Source: Octopus vulgaris (lineage: Eukaryota). Taken from it: DNA of 64,000 bases. Shown in pieces: positions 27,145-40,813 of the stretch. The translations under genes were made by a program, and so were the position numbers. How positions within the stretch are numbered: position 1 is the stretch's first letter; every line of letters begins with the position of its first letter. The DNA is taken from contig OX597828.1 in assembly GCA_951406725.2 (NCBI GenBank), positions 65,224,001 to 65,288,000 on the forward strand, written 5' to 3'. The notes beneath the pieces were generated by a model, which was not told where the DNA came from, searched no databases, and was given only the letters and a program-made list of their open reading frames with translations.

Positions 27145-29865
27145 TTGTTGTTGGCATCCTTTTTGTCTCGGGAGACAATGGAGTTGCGCATAAAATAATC
27201 TAGTCCGGCTTTTACATTTCATGTCTTAATACATCTCCTGCTGTCCTATCCTGGACAAACACTCCCCCTGGCAGGTGCCGCAAATGTAGCGAAGACTTTG
27301 CCTGGCTGGTTGTAATGTCATACTTTCTTGTTGACGTCTTTTCTTGTCTTTCCATTTCTCCTCTCCCTCTTTGTCACTCCTTTGTGTTCCCTCTTTTACG
27401 GTACGTCGCCAATCTCCACGGTTGCTGGCAACTGCTTCCCAGTTGGTAATATTGATGTTGCAGGCATTCATGTCCCTTTTGCAAACATCCTTGTATCGTA
27501 AGAACGGTCTTCCCACAGACCTAGTGCCCCTAGCAAGCTCTCCGTTGAGTATGTCCTTGGGGATTTTGCCATCTTCCATACGGCTAACATGACGAAGCCA
27601 TCTCATACGTCTTTGTGTGAGGAGTGTAAACATGCTTGGTATTCTCTGCTTGCTTGAGGACATCTTTGTTGGGGACATGATTCTGCCATTTGATGCGAAG
27701 GATTTTCCGGAGACAGCGCAGGTGAAGGATATTTAGGCGACGTATGGCGTCGTATGTCGTGTGTATGGCGTCCAACTCTCACTTCCATACAGTAGAGTGC
27801 TAAGTACACATGCCTGGTAAATCTTCCTTTTTGTGGTCTTGGTCAGCTTATTGTTATCCCATACCCGTTTGGAGAGTTGAGCCATCACAGCAGCTGCCTT
27901 GCCAATGCGTATATTGAGCTCAGTATCAAGGGATAGGTTGTAGGTGACGGCTGAGCCAAGATAGGTAAACTTATCCACCTCCTGTATTCTGTGGTCTCCA
28001 ATATGTATGTCTGGGATGGTGGATGTAGCCTGACCCATGATGTTGGTCTTCTTGAGGCTGATAAATAAGCCAAAGTTGCCACATTTTTGCTCAAAACAGT
28101 TGATGAGCCTTTGTAGGGATTCTTCTGTGGGTGATACCAGAGCGGCATCTACAGAAAATAGCATCTCCTTGATCAGGACGCTTCTGATTTTGGTCTTGGC
28201 ACGCAGACGCGAGAGATTGAACAGTTTCCCATCACTTCTTCTGTGCAGAAACATTCCATCATCTGATGCCACAAAGGCATGTGACAGCAGCAGCGAGAAG
28301 ATGCCAAATAATGTAGGAGCAAGGACACAACCTTGCTTTACCCCATTTTTTATTTGGAAGGCCGCTGATGTTGAACCATTGTGCTGTATGGTGCCTTGCA
28401 TATCATCATGGAAAGATGTGATGATCCTCAGCAGCTTTGGTGGACATCCGATTTTTTGGAGCAGGATGAAGAGGCCTTTTCTACTTACCAAGTCAAAGGC
28501 CTTTGTCAGATCAATGAAGGCCATATATAATGGCATTTTCTGCTCTCTGGATTTCTCCTGAAGTTGGCGTATGGAGAATATCATGTCAATAGTTGATCTG
28601 CTTCTTCTAAAGCCACACTGCGATTCTGGATAAATTCGAGAAGCAAGCAGTTGCAGCCTGGACAGGATAATGCGAGCAGAGGCTTTTCTAACAGTGCTTA
28701 GAAGAGATTTTCCACGGTAATTGTTACAATCACCACGGTCACCTTTGTTTTTGTAAAGCGTAATGATGTTAGCATCCAGCATATCCTGAGGGACTGTACC
28801 CTCTTCCCAGCACTGACACAGAAGCTCATGAATGTGCCGATGCAGGATGGTGTTTTTGCCGGTTTTGATGATCTCTAAGGGGATGCCGTCTTTTCTCGGA
28901 GCCTTGTTACTTGCTAGGGAGTCAATAGCCTTGGTGAGCTCTGCTATAGATGGCAGACTGTTACGTTCACAGATGACTGGCAAGATCTAGACACCCTCGA
29001 TTTCAGCTTCAGCTACCGTGGTCTCTCGTGAGTAGAGATCCTGGTAGTACTCCACCCATCTATCCATTTGCTTGCTTTGGTCCTTGATGAGATCTCCAGT
29101 AGTTGATTTCAGAGGGGCTGACTTGGTTGCGGATGGACCGAGAACCTTCTTCAAACCGGCTTACATCCCACGGGTGTCGCCACTGTCAGCAGATGACTTG
29201 ATACCCTGACAGATTTCCTGCCAATACCTATTTGCACAGCGTCTGGCAGTCAGTTGGGTTTCATTTCTTGCCGTTCTGAGTTCTTCGAGTGACTTTATAG
29301 AAGAATCACTCTTGTATTGCATCAGAGCTGCACGCTTTGTTTCGATAACTGTTTCCAGCTCTGAGAGCCCAGCACTGAACAAAATCTGGATTTTGCCTTT
29401 CTCTCATGCCGAAAGTATCTATTGATGTGGTATTCAAAGCTTCCCTGATATAATTCCACCTACTTTCAGCAGAGGTGGTTGGGCAGCTACTGAGGGCAAC
29501 TTTGATAGAAACAGCAAAATATTGTCGCAGTGTAGGGTCGGAGGTTATGGCAGTGTTAATGCGTGGTGGGCCCATTTTCTTGGAGTGATGGACTTTTTAG
29601 GCAGAATCCTCACCCTGCTTCTTATTAGTGAATGATCTGTGTCACAATCCGCACTGTGGTAACTACGAGTCAGTTGAACAGAATTCAGAAAGGGTCTTCG
29701 TGTAATAATGAGATCCAGCTGATGCCAGTGGTGAGACCTTGGATGTCTCCAAGATACCTTGTGGGATGTCTTGTTGGCAAAGAATGTGTTAGTGATGCAC
29801 AGGTGATGGTATGTGCAAAATTCAAGTAGTCTCTGGCCATTGTCATTCATGTTGCCAATACCAAA
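27145..29865 (-). mobile_element. RTE-clade LINE, 5'-truncated, ORF2 disrupted
   Basis: APE end (NGQRLLEFC, WHQLDLII, DCDTDHSL) and RT (PESQCGFR, FIDLTKAFD, GVKQGCVLAPTLF, LFSVD in place of FADD). 3' hairpin TGTCTC-CC-GAGACA and (CAA)n tail. Confidence 0.95.
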
Positions 29866-29892
29866 ACACATACACTTACATATATACATACA

Positions 29893-30280
29893 TTCTCTCT
29901 TTACTCTTTTACTCTTTTACTTGTTTCAGTCATTTGACTGCGGCCATGCTGGAGCACCGCCTTTTTTTTAGTCGAGCAAATCGACCCCGGGACTTATTCT
30001 TTGTAAGCCCAGTACTTATTCTATCGGTCTCTTTTTGCCGAACCGCTAAGTGACGGGGATGTAAACACACCAGCACACAAAAACACACACATACATATAT
30101 ATATATATACATATATACGACAGGCTTCTTTCAGTTTCCGTCTACCAAATCCACTCACAAGGCATTGGTCGGCCCGGGGCTATAGCAGAAGACACTTGCC
30201 CAAGATGCCACGCAGTGGGACTGAACCCGGACCATGTGGTTGGTTAGCAAGCTACTTACCACACAGCCACTCCTGCGCCT
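29893..30280 (-). mobile_element. SINE family B, full-length, inserted in the RTE flank
   Basis: Close match to 57093-57574, with a (TAAAAGAG)n tail. Confidence 0.92.
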
Positions 30281-30825
30281 ATATATAATATATACGATCG
30301 ATTTGTTTCAGTTCCTGTCTGCGAAATCCATATATATATATATATATATATACACATATGCATACACACACATACATATATATTTGGAATTTACAAAAGA
30401 AACGAACAAAAGACGAAGACGGGTGTGTAAACAGCAAACAAGGTTATTAGTTTAACGCTCCGGACTTAGGAAAATTTATATAAGGAGTACTACTAATTTT
30501 AAAATTAGAAATAGGGGACACAATAATTCATTTATTCACCCCTATATAAAATATTACAGACATTTTAGTATGTTGTAAGCATAAATATTTAGCGTCTTAT
30601 AATTTTCATAAACTTTAAAATATAATATTTTAGAATATAAAAGCTTTTTGAAAATACGGTCCAATTAGATCCAATAAACACTTATGCACAAACCTGTAAT
30701 CTTAAATTATTTTTTTATAGTAGAGAGTGGAATATTCCCATTGGCTTTTATTTGCATGATTAATTTTCAATGATTTTCATTTCTTATTTAAACGTGGCAA
30801 TCCTCTTCAAAATAATGCAGAGCCT

Positions 30826-32459
30826 CATATTTTGCTGTCTCTTATTCATTTTGAAGTCGTGGGTTGGATTTTGTTACTGAGTTGCACGTTGGTTTTGTTA
30901 GACGTTTTTTGTTGTGCGGGTGCGCGGTGTTTGTCTGTCTGTGTTGGGACAGACAGGGACGGCCCCTCCCTAATGGGAGAGACGGCAAGAATGTTCGAAA
31001 CCCTATCGGACTTGTCTGCGTCTGAGGGGGAGTTGGAGGAAGCGGTAGAGAGAATGGACCAAAAGTTGGGTAATGCCTATGCTGGAGTAGGTAAAGGGTC
31101 GGAGGAGAGAGGGTTGGACTTGGCCAAGCTGCTATGTTGCCAGAGGTTTGTCAGGAGGGTTAGGGTGAGGTGGAATTGGCACCGCCACCAAAGCGTAGAG
31201 AATGGTACGAGAGGGGGAGCGTTGCATACAGGGTCTATGTAAGCGGAGGGAGAGGGATCGAAGTGGTAAATATGGAATATATAGAGGGGGCTCTGGGAAG
31301 AGCAGAGGAGGCGATAGCATTTCTGACAAGAGGTGTAAGCTGCGGTACTGTGGTGGTGCAGTTCGGGAGTGAGAGTGTGGCGGGGAGGATGCCGGCGAAG
31401 GCAGTGAAGTTTGAGAGGGTGTTCCTTTTGCACTCATACTTAAACAGGAAAATCACTAGAATAAGGGTGGAGGGAGTGCCCCCAAGTGTCGAAGCTGAAT
31501 GGATTGTGGCAGCTATAATTAGCGGTCATGAAGATGAAGTGGACATCCTCCACGCCACGGTAAAAATCGAAGGCTGGAGAGGCGCAACGCTAGACTTGAA
31601 TGTACAAGCGGAGGATGAAGTATTTAGAGAATATCAGAATGGGAGGCGTGATCATGAGAATGTGGGTGGAGGGCAGAGCTCCTCGCTGTTACAAATGTGG
31701 CCTGAGAGGGCACATAAGAGCTAACTGCCCTCCCCCAGAGAAAGATATGGATGCGGAACCACAAAGAGAGGCGGAAGAAGTGCAGAAACCTGAAGAGAAA
31801 GAGACAACAGAAGAAGAGGTTTCAAAAGAATGGGAAGATGCCAGGAAAAAGAGGAAGAGAAGAATAAGAGGAAAAGCAAACAATACGGAACCCCAGTCCA
31901 CCCCAACACCACCCACACCCTCTGAGTCCCACCCTCTCCCTGCAGACAGCGAACCCACCCGCTCCCCTCCAACAAGAAAACAGAAAAGAAAAGACACACA
32001 CAACCAAGATACAAAAAAAGGAACCCAGGCCCAACATTGTATGTATGACGGGAAAAGAAAAGATTAAAAAGACAATGGAAGAATATCAATGGTGTGACAG
32101 AGGACCGATCAGATATGCAGTAATTGAAAAGGAACGAATGAACGAGTTTATGGTAATGTGTGAAAGGGAGGATTGGGAAGTAAGTGAAGTGAGAATGGAC
32201 GAAAGAATCATGAGGGATTTGGAAGAGTCGTTTGAGAGAAGGATGGAGATGGATGGATTTTGTTTAGGAACTGAACAAGGAGCATTTGTGTGGGATTAAT
32301 AACTAAAGGACAGGTAAGTGATGCTGGCGGATGGGGCCGTTAGCATCACTTTCATAATATCATTTTCAAAATTCATCTTTCATATCTATGTAACTGTGAT
32401 GTTCTATGTCCCCAATGTTTGTAGTGTCCCCTCTGAGTGGCCCCTCGTGGGTAATAAAG
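30826..32459 (+). mobile_element. ORF1-only (HAL1-like) L1/Tx1-type non-autonomous retrotransposon
   Basis: TSD AAAT(A/G)ATGCAGAGCCT at 30810-30825 and 32460-32475. Frameshifted gag-like ORF with RIRVEGVPP and zinc knuckle CYKCGLRGHIRANC. No APE or RT between the TSDs. Confidence 0.85.
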
Positions 32460-32731
32460 AAATGATGCAGAGCCTAACATTATGCAGTCGCTTATTCATC
32501 GATACTCAAAAACTGAACTTTCACCAACTGAATACACAACATATAGTGCCTTAATGCTTTTTGCTGGATTTTACCTCGAGAAAGGAACCCTGAGGAAGGA
32601 GGGCTGAATTTCGAATACTTCGTACAACCACTTTTCTTAAACGGCTGCAGGTTACAAAAAATTTTTAATCGCCTCTTTCAATTTAGGTTTTTTTTTCATG
32701 CTTATATTCGTATTTCATCGTTATGTTTATA

Positions 32732-33297
32732 TTGGGTTATCCGGAAAGTTCGTGCCGATTTTTAAAAGAAAGTAAAGGCCACTAAATACTTGCCATTACA
32801 TTTTTAATGAACCAAATCTTAAGCATTTCGTTGCACAATACGCCTCCATCTTTCCTTTACCTTGAAAATACCTTTTTCCCAGAATTGGGGTGGTTTCAAG
32901 GCAAAGAATTCATCAACGTATCTTTTTACGTCATCTAAGGAATTGAAATTTTTACCATTAAGACTTTTCTGCAGAGACTTGAATAAGTGGAAATCCGAAG
33001 GAGCAATATTTGGGGAATAGGGAGGGTGGGGGTAACACATCTTAGCCGAACTGCAGCAATTTTTGTCTGGTTCCTAAAGCATCAAGTGCCGAAAATGAAC
33101 TTTCTCATCTTTTATTTTAAAGGGTTACAGAATTAACACAGGTTATAGGAACATAAACCTTCTTCGACGAAAAGATAGCTTAAACTGTGCTCTAAATGGA
33201 GGTGTAGTCAAATCCTGTTTTATGGACTCAAACATGTTCTAAAATAAGTCGAAAGATAAGCTACTATAAATCGGCACGAACTTTCCGGACAAACCAA
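32732..33297 (-). mobile_element. Internally deleted mariner (566 bp)
   Basis: TA TSD, ~30-bp TIR TTGGGTTATCCGGAAAGTTCGTGCCGATTT, transposase C-terminus HPPYSPNIAPSDFHLF. Confidence 0.93.
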
Positions 33298-33436
33298 TAT
33301 TTCTATATTTTTATCATGAAACTCTTAACATAAATATGTGTATATTCGCATGTGCTACCTCATGTGCTACATCTGAATTTTCTTGTCTGAATGTTTTAAG
33401 ATAAATATCCGAAATTTTTATCGTATACCACATTTT

Positions 33437-33600
33437 ATTCTGAGTTCGAATTCCGCCGAGGTCGACTTTGCCTTTCATCCTTTCGGGGTCAATAAATTAA
33501 GTACCAGTTACGCACTGGGGTCGATGTAATCGACTTAATCCGTTTGTCTGTCCTTGTTTGTCCCCTCTATGTTTAGCCCCTAGTGGGCAGTAAAGAAATA
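33437..33600 (+). mobile_element. SINE family C, 5'-truncated
   Basis: Core and tail match 24266-24430. Confidence 0.9.
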
Positions 33601-33699
33601 TATATTAATTTAGTATTAGAATTCTTCAAGTTGTATAAAAATTGTTTGCATCATTCGAAAGAGAAATAAATTTTGCATAAGGTGTAAAAGATATAAATA

Positions 33700-34740
33700 A
33701 TTAGTATGGTGTTAGTAAGAAAAATAACTTTTATCGTCGGTGTATATATCTCAGTGTATATATCTATGACTTACTTCCATCGATTTAGAAGCTTTTTAAT
33801 CCCATCAATGTAAAACTCTTTTGGTTTCAAAGCGAAGAACTCTGAAATGTCAGATTCGACCACCTCCTGGCTTGCGAAAGTTGTGTCCCCCTAATAATTC
33901 TGTAAACTATGAAACAAATGGTATCCTGAAGGAGTAAGGTCGGAAGAATAAGTTGGATGAAGAAATTTTTCCAAATCGACCTCTTCGATCTTCTGTGATG
34001 TGATCTTTGCAGTGTAGTGTTGCGCATTGTCCTGATGAAACGTCACTCGTTTTCAACTCACTAAAGCGGCTCTTTTTTTCCTTCAAAGCTTGGTTCAAAC
34101 GCTCTAATTGCTGACAGTAGACTTAAGCATTGATTGTTGCATTAGGTGGTAAAAATATAAAGTGAATTACGCCTTTGCAATCGCACCAGATAGAGTAGAA
34201 CCTTTTTACCATGAAGTTCCCTTCTCAGTTGTGGTTGAGCATTTTCCCTTTTACCAAGCCACTGTTTACGACGTTTAACATTTCGATAGAAAATCCATTT
34301 TTCGTCACAAGTCTATCGAAAGAGGGTGAAATGAATTTGCGAGAATTGAGAGAAAAGTAGATTTCAACTTGGGATTTGCGGTTGCTTTCGCACAATACAT
34401 GAGACACCTATTTTCCAAGTTTAGGAATCTTTCCACGTTGTTGAAGATGAAGATGAACTGTTGTATGGTTTGAAGGAAGATTTATTGCCAATTCTTCAAC
34501 TGACAATGACGGATTTTCTTCCAGTAATTCCTCAAGGAGCTTATCATCAAACTCAACTGGACATCAAATTCGATCTTCATCTTTAATTTTGCAAACGATC
34601 TCCTGCAAGTTCTTTCATTCAAGCACTTTCCCATAAACTGAGTGTATGTTTCGACTCACTTCGACTGCAGAGTTACCTTTATTGTACTCGTAAAGAATTA
34701 AATGCTCATTGGATACTTCCATATTGAAAGGGTTTTAATC
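33700..34740 (-). pseudogene. Degenerate mariner transposase
   Basis: Fragments in mixed frames: ILYEYNKG near 34700, FDRLVT..KW, FHQDNAQLH, PTYSSDLTPSGYHLF. Confidence 0.85.
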
Positions 34741-34750
34741 AAAGCAATTT

Positions 34751-36033
34751 TAGGGTATCCACGAAGTCTGGGTACATGGAATAAAATCATAACATAGACA
34801 AATAAATATTAGAAATAATAATTTTACATTTTTACTTATGTTTAAATTAAATTAAAAAAATACTTTACTTTTCTGAATTTATTTGTTATTTTTTCTACAG
34901 ATGATCGAATGATGGCTCTGTCTAAAGAAGAAAGAATCGAGTTAGTATTATTATGTGGACGAGAGGGATGGTCTTATCGCAAAATTGCGGAAGAATTTAA
35001 TCTTCGACACCCTTATAGGCAACCTATTTTTTTTACTGCCGTCGGGAAATTGATCAAGAAATTTAAAGAAACAAGCAGTGTTTTGGATAAACCCCGTTCC
35101 GGGCGACCAAAGACTTCAGATGAAACGAAAGAGGCTGTCATGGCTAAAGTTTCTGCTAGCCCAAAGAAATCACTTCGTCGGACATCCACGGTGTTAGGTG
35201 TTCCAAAACCAACCATCCACAAAATGCTGGTTGAGGAAAAGTTTCATCGATACAACCTACAGATATTGCATCACTTAAAGGAAGATGACCCTGATAGACG
35301 AATATAGACGTGCGAATGGTTTGCAGATAAATTGGATGAAAATATCAATTTTACGAAAAACTTTGTGTTGTTCAGTGACAAAGCTACGTTTTATGTAAAT
35401 GGTGAGGTCAACAGACAGAATCTTCTATACTGGTCTCGAGGTAATCCACATTGGATGGATCCATCCAAACAGCAAGGCAGCAAAAAGGTGATGGTGTGGT
35501 GTGGTTTGTGGAAAGCTCATGTTCAAGGATCCTTCTTCATTGAACATGTAACGGGTGAGACTTATGTAAACATATTGAGAGACAAATTAATATCTCAAAT
35601 TGAGCGCCTAGGTGAGGGCCTTCCTAATTGGTTTCAGCATGATGGGGTCCCTACCCATTTTGCCACAACTGTTAGAGATTGGCTTAATGACACTTTTCCT
35701 TACTGGATTAGAAGAAGGGGTCATATGGAAAAGTCCCCTCGTTCACCAGACCTTTCTCCCCTTGATTTCTTTTTCTGGGATATGTTGAAAGAGAAAGATT
35801 ACAGATTTAAAACACATGAGAGAACGCATTACCAGTCAGTGTGCTGAAATTGATGGCAATGTAAATTTATTTAATCAAGTTCACCTGAATTTTGCAAGGC
35901 GCATCAAGTTATGCATTGAAAATGATGGAAATCACTTTGAAAATATTACTTATTAACATTATAATAAAATAAAATTGTTTTGTTTTAAAAGTATGTGTTA
36001 ATCCCCATGTACGCAGATTTTGTGGACACCCTC
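34751..36033 (+). mobile_element. Tc1/mariner rosa-like (DD41D-type) transposon, defective
   Basis: Imperfect TIRs AGGGTATCCACGAAGTCTGGGTACATGG / CCATGTACGCAGATTTTGTGGACACCCT. Motifs KPRSGRPK, VLFSD, FQHDG and SPDLSPLDFFFW, with 40 residues between the last two D. Confidence 0.88.
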
Positions 36034-36928
36034 TATTATTTTGTAAAACAATATTGAATGAGTTTAAACGTACATAAAATGCATAAAAATAATTTTTAAG
36101 TGAATTAGACATTTGAAAATATTATTAAATTTCATTCAAATCTAAAAAAAAGGTAAAATCAGACAGAACTGATTGGACGACTTGATATATATAATCTATG
36201 ATATTCTAGTAGGTTTCAAGTTTATAACACCTTGATATCTCATGTTATCTCATTTTATATATTTTCTATTTTGGTTTTTATATATTTCTAAACATTATAT
36301 TTGTACCTATAATTTATTTTAAGCCGAAACATTATATGATTCTTGTACAAACGAAAGAACAAGAATGTCCTCTGAAACTTATATCTTCCACCGGCGTTTG
36401 TAATCGATGGTGACATGTGCGATGCTTTTGCGACTATCTTATATTTTACAGAGAAATTGGAAGCCCCGAATGTAAGCCACCACTTTATGCATAATTCAAT
36501 ATTTATAATTCTCAATTTCTAACTCAAATTCTGTCCTCAATAATTATAGATCTCTATTTCTAACTGTAATTCTTTTTCTTCTCGTTCAGCTTATAACTAT
36601 AAGCTTTTTTTTCTCCAGCGTTCACCACTTCACCTCGTTAGGGTTAGACAGCTCTTACCGAATGTTTTCACTGTCCTGTTTTTGTTAGCAGCATTCACGT
36701 TCCACGTATATCAAATTTTATTTAATTTGCTTTGGGGGAGCAATTGCTTTGACGAAGACGCATCTCTTTGCAATGCTCGCAATGCGGAGTAGGTAAAACT
36801 GACAACAACTGAGGTAGGGTTACTTTTTTATGTTGCCTTCAAGCTACAGTTCTCCATTAATAATGGAAATTCTTTTTTCTTTCTTTCTTTCTTTCTGCCA
36901 AGCCAAGCCGAAGCGTCGTAGCCTTGGA

Positions 36929-38580
36929 CACTACATGGACCCTAAGTTAGACATGTGTAAAATTTGAATGAAATTGGTTGTGTAGTTCTCAAGTTTTAGG
37001 GATTCATACAGACAGACACACATTCTCAGTTTTATATATATACTAGCATTAGAGACCCATCGTTGTCGGGTCATAGTGCTAGTCCATGTATATATATGTG
37101 TTATTATTACATGTGCATCTATATATATACATCTACACATAAAATACAAAGTTATATCTTGATATTGCTAGTGATAACATTACTCAAAATATATAACAGA
37201 CTGGAATTGTTAGCCCGTCTCTTGTAATTTCGATCAATTGTATCTTGTCCTCCCTCTTGCATAGAGGTGTGGCTACAATCCAGCCTACCTCTACTGCGGG
37301 GGGGGGGGCATTTTAAATTTTCTCCGGGACGTCCTACGTCCCAGATATAAAGGTACAAGTAAAATATTTCCACTTTGCAAGTTCGAGTCGAGTACTCCCT
37401 TGCACGCTCCGTTCACTCGAACCTTGCTTCTATTGTGGCGAATTTACCGCCTCTGCTTAGATATCTTTCATAGTCACACTAAGACACTTTTCGATGGTGC
37501 TTTCCTCCAGGTGTTCAAATCTTTTTTTCTCTACATTGTATACTTTATAGACAATAGTTTTTTCTATAATTTAATTTTTTATTTCGTTTGGTGGTGTTAT
37601 CCTAGATTCACCGTCGGTGATCAATCCGTATTTCTTCCATTTTAATTTCAATTAGTTCGCGCCCGCCGGCGGCTGCAGCGAAATTCATTTTTGGACTTTC
37701 TTCTATCAAAGTTATTCTAACAAAAATGCTTCCGTGTAAACGGTGAAAATATTGCCAATTTCCCCTAACAGGGACACAATTCAATTTTTAAATAATAACC
37801 AAAGCTCCTTCTCCCAAAGGGGGAGGGTTACAGTTTACAATTATTTAACAAATGCAACACAACAACATTTCCCTTACGAGGAACCAACAAACGTGATAAC
37901 AATAGTTAAACAGTAATAATAATAACAAACCTTACAGTGAATAAAAAAACAGTACGCAGTTGAAGCTATAGTCCTTTATGGACTATTCCATTTCTGCACG
38001 CTAATTTTATTTTTAATTTATTCCCATTCACGTGAAACCACTTATTCAAGTTCAAATCATTGATGCAATTTTATACCAATTGCTATTTTTACTTTTGTTA
38101 TGTTACGATTATATTATACTTTAGTTTGATTTTAATTATTACTTATTATTATTATTTTTATTGTTAAAGTGAAAACATCTGACATAAAATAGACAAAATG
38201 TTTTTGTTTCCCTTTTAACACGTAATACTGAAATAGTGGAGAAGATATGATATTGCTATGGGCTCGCTCTAGGCAAGAAGTTGAACATTTTTCTTTGCCC
38301 ATGAAACTACATGGACCCTAAGTTAGGCATGTGTAAAATTTGAATGAAATTGGTTGTGTAGTTCTCAAGTTTTAGGGAATCGTAATGGAGAAGATATGAT
38401 ATTGCTGTGGGCTCGCCCTAGGCAAAAAGTTAAAACTTTTTTTGCCGATGACACTCCCCGGACCATAAGTAAGGCATGTGTAAAATTTGAATGACATTGG
38501 TTGTGTAGTTCTCAAGTTTTAGGGAAACACACAGACATACAGACACACATTCTCAGTTTTATATATATATATATATATAT
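36929..38580 (+). mobile_element. Helitron-like non-autonomous repeat cluster with three copies of the 3' module
   Basis: TACTAGC..GACCC..GTTGTCGGG start at ~37041. CATGTGTAAAATTTGAATGA(A/C)ATTGGTTGTGTAGTTCTCAAGTTTTAGGGA at ~36952, ~38328 and ~38475, two of them followed by CAGAC-rich TTCTCAGTTTTATATAT ends. The layout resembles Lep1-type Helitrons as I recall them. Confidence 0.6.
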
Positions 38581-38669
38581 AAAGTTAATCCAAACAAGAA
38601 AACAAAAAGACAACAACGCAAGGATGTGGAACAAATAAAGTATTATTGGACGCTCAGGGAAGAAGGAGG

Positions 38670-38704
38670 GTTTGACGTTTCGAGCGAAGCTCTTCGTCGG
38701 AAAC
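38670..38704 (-). ncRNA. Minimal hammerhead-like motif (family E, ~38580-38760) with a CCGACGA core
   Basis: GUUU-CCGACGA-A-GAGC-UUC-GCUC-GAAA-CG-UC-AAAC. Confidence 0.7.
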
Positions 38705-38869
38705 ATAGGAGAAAGAAAGATCCCGAGACGGGAGGACAGAGGAAAAGAAATTGCAGGTAGTATTCACGAGGTCACATACTAAAAAGACGGAAGTGGTAAA
38801 AATGGAGGAAAATGTTTTTAAAAACAAGAGAGCTGAATCAAAGAAGGAATGGTAAAAAAAGGTGTGCGA

Positions 38870-40584
38870 GATGACAAGGGTGTGTGTGCGTGTGTGTGTA
38901 TGTGTGTGTATGGTGGACAATGGCTAGTAACAGGCAGTAGTAAAATTAAGGAGTGGTGTGGGGGTACCCTAGCAAGTTAGAAAGGCAGGTCAGAAACAGT
39001 GAGGTATGTGTGCGTGTTTTGTTGTAGTATGTGTGTGTGTACGTGTGCGTTTTTTTGTGTGTATGGCGAGTAACTGTGCTTAACTTAGTGTATGTGTGCG
39101 TGTGTGCTTGTACGTGCGTGTGTGTGTATATATACGTATGTATAATTGTGTGCGTGTATGTATGGTTGTGTGTCGTATGGGATGTATGTGTGGGTTCATT
39201 TGTGTGTGTGTGCGTGTGCGTGTGTATGTACGTGCGTGTAGTTGTGTGTGCGTGTATGTGTGCATTTGTATGTGTGTGTGTAAGCGTAAATGGATGTATA
39301 TGCGTGTATCCGTGGGGTTGTAAGTTTCTTTTTGCGCGTGTGCGTGCGTATGTATGCGCATGTTTTGGTGTGCGTATGTATGTGTGTGTCTGTGCTTATA
39401 TGTGTGTACGTATGTGTATGTGTGCGTGCGCGTGCACATGCATGTGTGTGCGTGTGCATGCGAGTGTGTATGTAGGTGTGTGTGTGTGTATGTATGTATG
39501 TGTGAGTGTGTATGTGTGTATGTCTGTGTGTATGTATGTCCGTATGAGTGTATGTAAGTATGTGTGTGTGTATATGTGTATGTGTGTATGCGTGTGTGCG
39601 TGTATGTATGTGTGTATGTATGTATGTGTGTATGTGTGTAAGTGTGTGTGTGTATGTATGTATGTGTGTGTATGTATGTATGTGTGCATGCGTGTATGTG
39701 TGTGTATATGTATGTCTCTATGCGTGCATGCGTGTATGTGTGTGTATGTATGTATGCATGCATGTGCGTATGTATGTGTGTGTGTATGCATGTGTGTATG
39801 TATATGTGTATGTGCGTATATGTGTGTGTATGTATGTGTGTGTATGTATGTGTGTGTATGTATGTGTGTATGCGTGTGTGTATATATGTATGTGTGTATG
39901 CATGTGTGTATATATGTATGTGTGTATGTATGTGTATGTTTGTGTGTGTGTATGTAAGTATGAATGAAAGTATGAATTATGTATGTATGTGTGAGTGTAT
40001 GGGTGTATGTCTGTATGTATGTATGTATGTATGTATGTATGTGTGAGTGTATGGGTGTATGTCTGTATGTATGTATGTATGTATGTATGTATGTGTGTAT
40101 GTGTGTAAGTGTGTGTGCGTGTATGTATGTAGGTATGTATGTGTGCGCGTGTGCATGTATGTGTGCGGGCATGCATGTATGTGTGTATGTATGTATACAC
40201 ACACACACACACACACACACATAACACACAAACACACAACGCACGCACTCGTGTCCCCGAGCAGAACAGGCGCGCGCAAGCGCGCGCCCGCGGTCCCACA
40301 AACACCCACACCAAAAAAAACCGAACTCCATAATCCCTCAACTAAAAAGCGTGCGCCTGGATACAATATATGTATGTGTGTGTGCATGCGTGTAAACGTG
40401 TGCGTGTGTATGCATGTATGTGTGCATGCGTGTATGTGTGCATGTGTGTGTGTGTATGTATGTAAGTATATATGTACGTATGTGTGTGTGTGTATGTGTG
40501 TATGTATGTATGTGTGTGTGTATGTGTGTATGTGTGTGTGTATGTATGTATGTGTGTATGTATGTGTGTATGTATGTATGTGTG

Positions 40585-40640
<56 letters not shown>
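38870..40640. repeat. Long TG/TATG-rich low-complexity tract
   Basis: Direct reading. Confidence 0.95.
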
Positions 40641-40641
<1 letters not shown>

Positions 40642-40813
40642 CACGGGCTTCGACACATTCTCCGTCTATCAATGCTCTCACATCGTATTGGTTGGTTTTA
40701 GGGGTGTAATGGATGACACCTGTCCAAGATGTAACTCAGTAAGCCTGAACCCAAAACCACGTTGTTGCAAGCGAGCTTCTTAACCATAAAACCATGTCTG
40801 TGCCAGTATTAAT

